Source: Vicugna vicugna
Lineage: Eukaryota
Length of the DNA: 64,000 nucleotides
NCBI GenBank assembly: GCA_013265495.1
Contig: MU057989.1
Coordinates: 310,001-374,000 of the forward strand
Reading direction: 5' to 3'
Below the pieces are notes generated by a model that searched no databases, was not told the origin of the DNA, and was given only the letters and a program-made list of their open reading frames with translations. Below, in pieces: positions 61,575 through 64,000 of this stretch. Position numbers and translations under genes: made by a program. Positions within the stretch are counted from its first letter, which is position 1. Every line of letters begins with the position of its first letter.

Positions 61575-62420
61575 CCACTGTTTGTAATAGATTATTATTT
61601 GGCAAATGTTCAGTCCCCACTCACTTCCCCTTGGGGTAACATATTCTTTCCTATTCTGTTGACTTTGATCTTGGCTCTGTGACTTGCTTTAGTCAGCAAA
61701 ATGTGAGCAGTCAAAACATGACACCTGAAATCTGCTTCTGCAGCTTGGTTTGTCCCTTGCACTCCTATGATAGCCACAAAAAGGACATTCATCAGGGAGC
61801 TGCTATCCCTCTAGTCCAAGTTCCAGAATGTGACACAGGAACCAGACCTGAATCCAACCTGACGTCTAGGGTGAAGCAGAGCCACCACAACCTACCTACA
61901 GACCCATGAGTGAGAAAAATAAATGCTTGCTATAATCCACTGAGTTTTGGGATATCTTTCCCAAGCAGCACTGGAGCAATAACTAACTAATTCAGTGGAA
62001 GATGTGGAGGGTGTTGTAACAAAAGCCTAAAATATGTGGTATTGGTCTTAGGATCAGGTGAAGAAATTGTTATAGGAGGATGGAAAATGGTTACTGTGTT
62101 GTATACTGGTGAAACATTTGGTAAAACTGTTGTCTTCAGTAACTTGGCAGCCTTAAAAACCTTGTGGCATTTGGCAAGGATGTTGTGAGGCAGAATACTG
62201 GCACTATTGGTTGACTGTGGAGAGCTGATTCTTGTTGGTTATTGGAAAGATATGAGTATCAACTGGAAAGATATTTGGTTAGACATTGATAGTTAATTTG
62301 GTTATATAAGGAAAAAAATAATGAACTCAGGAAACAACTGTCTAGTTTTTAAGAAGAACTTAGAGGGAAAATAGTCCAGAAGTTGTGGAGTCAGAAAGTG
62401 TAACTGTTTTTCACCAGGTC
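61575..62420 (+). mobile_element. MaLR LTR + internal relic
   Basis: gtgacttgctttagtcagcaaaatg, aataaatgcttgctataatccactgagttttggg, then MLT-internal-like sequence. Confidence 0.55.
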
Positions 62421-62599
62421 AAAGTTGTGGCCACTTAAAACCCATGACACTGCCCTGTATCCATTACCTAGATGCAATCATTATCAATTCATGGTCAATA
62501 TTGTTTCATTTATATGCCTTACCTATTTTTCCTGCTTTATTTTAAATTCCAGGCATAATTTCATCTGTAAATATTTCTCTATGTATCTAAAATTAAGGT

Positions 62600-64000
62600 C
62601 ACTTTGGTATAATTGCTAGTGAGTTCCAGAAGTACCCCCCCCTTGGGACTTTCCACAATCACATCACCTGCAAATAAATTTTTTCTTCCTCCCCAACCCG
62701 TATACCTTTCATTTCTTTGTCCTGTGGCATTAGCTAGAACTTCCAGTATGTGTTGGCTAGGAGTGGTGAGAGGGGATATATTTGTTCCTGATCTTTCTCC
62801 CTTATTCCTGATCTTAGGGGGAAGGCATCTAGTTCTGACCATTAATTATGATGTTGGCTGTAAGTTTTTGTACATGTTCTTTATCAAGTTGAGGGAGTTT
62901 CCCTCTATTTTTAGTTTGCTGAGGGTTTTTGTCATGAATAGGTGATGGATTTTGTCAAATGCCTTTTCTACATCTGATTATGTGATTTTTCTTCTTTAGC
63001 CTATTGATGTGATGGATTGCATTCATTGATTTTCAAATGTTGAACCAGCCTTGCATCCCTGGAGTAAATTTCATTTGATCATGGTGTATAATTCTTTTTA
63101 TACACTGTTGGATTCTAGTTGATAATATTTTGTTGAGAATTTTGGCATCAATGCCCATGAGGGATATTAGTCTGTAGTTTTCCTTTCTTGTAATGGCTTT
63201 GTCTGGTTTTGGTATTTCAGTAATGCTGGCCTGGTAGAATGAGGTTAGGAAGTGTTCCTTCTGCTTTGCTTGTATTTTCTGTAAGAGATGGTAGAGAACT
63301 GGCATGTTTTCTTCCTTAAACATTTTGTAGAATTCATAATGAAATCATCTGTGCCAGTGCCTTTTGTTTTGGAAGGTTATTAATTATTTATAGTTTCTTC
63401 AGTACAGGGTTATTCAGATGATTTTTCTTTGAGCAAGTTTTGGTAGGTTGTGTCTTTCAAGGAATTGGTCCATTTCATCTAGGTTATCAAATTTATGGGT
63501 GTAGAGTTATTCATAATATTCCTTTACTATCGTATTTTCCACAGGATTCATAGTGATGGCCCCCTTTTTCATTTCTGATAATAGTAATTTGTACCTTTTT
63601 TCTTTTATTGGTTAGTCTGGGTAGGGGGTTATCAATTGTATACATCTTTTCAAAGAAATAGCTTTTGGTTTTGTTTTTCTGTATTGATTTCCTGTTTTAA
63701 TTTCATTGATTTGTTTTTTTAGGGGGGAAGTAATTAGGTTTATTTGTTTATTTAATGGAGGTACTGGGGATTGAACTCAGGACCTTGTGCACGTTAAGCA
63801 CACACTCTACCACTGAACTTTACCCTCCCACCAATTTCATTGATTTCTATTCTAGTTTTTATTACGTCTTTTCTTCTGTTTGGATTTAATTTCCTCTTCT
63901 TTTGTAGATCTTACAGTGGAAACTTGGATTTTTGATTTTAGATCTTTCCTCTTTTATAATATATGCATCCATTGCTTTCACTGCATCCCACAAATTCTGG
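62600..64000 (-). mobile_element. LINE-1 ORF2 fragment (RT region)
   Basis: Minus ORFs 63033-63323 ([15 protein letters not shown]...[20 protein letters not shown]...[16 protein letters not shown]) and 62579-62842 (ILEVLANA) are L1 ORF2p. Confidence 0.95.
63713..63832 (-). mobile_element. tRNA-derived SINE inserted in L1
   Basis: 14-bp TSD aatttcattgattt at 63699-63712 and 63833-63846. Confidence 0.9.

Overview
Mammalian genomic DNA. The tRNA-derived SINE with an AAATAAA...CCTAATTACC tail and the young L1 3' ends suggest a cetartiodactyl, probably a camelid (inference, unverified). There are two domains. (1) About 1-35 kb is a GC-rich tRNA cluster with 15 full-length tRNA genes: 7 Pro (4 AGG, 2 TGG, 1 CGG), 6 Lys-CTT and 2 Arg-CCT. 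It also holds at least 5 decayed tRNA relics and an exact 519-bp tandem duplication that breaks inside a tRNA-Lys. (2) About 35-64 kb is an AT-rich, repeat-rich olfactory receptor domain with three OR1F-subfamily genes on + (two intact, one with a 1-nt frameshift). The layout matches my recollection of the human 16p13.3 tRNA/OR1F1 locus. There is a 178-N assembly gap at 23017-23194. I found no convincing wholly new biological system. The best second-look candidates are: three-way mosaic gene conversion confined to the OR coding exons; a homeodomain+O/E promoter cassette conserved ahead of all three ORs; an orphan CpG-island-type Pol II promoter between OR genes; structurally variant tRNA isodecoders; and serial L1 re-use of one target site. 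Repeat family names are from pattern recall, not a database search, and their boundaries are approximate.
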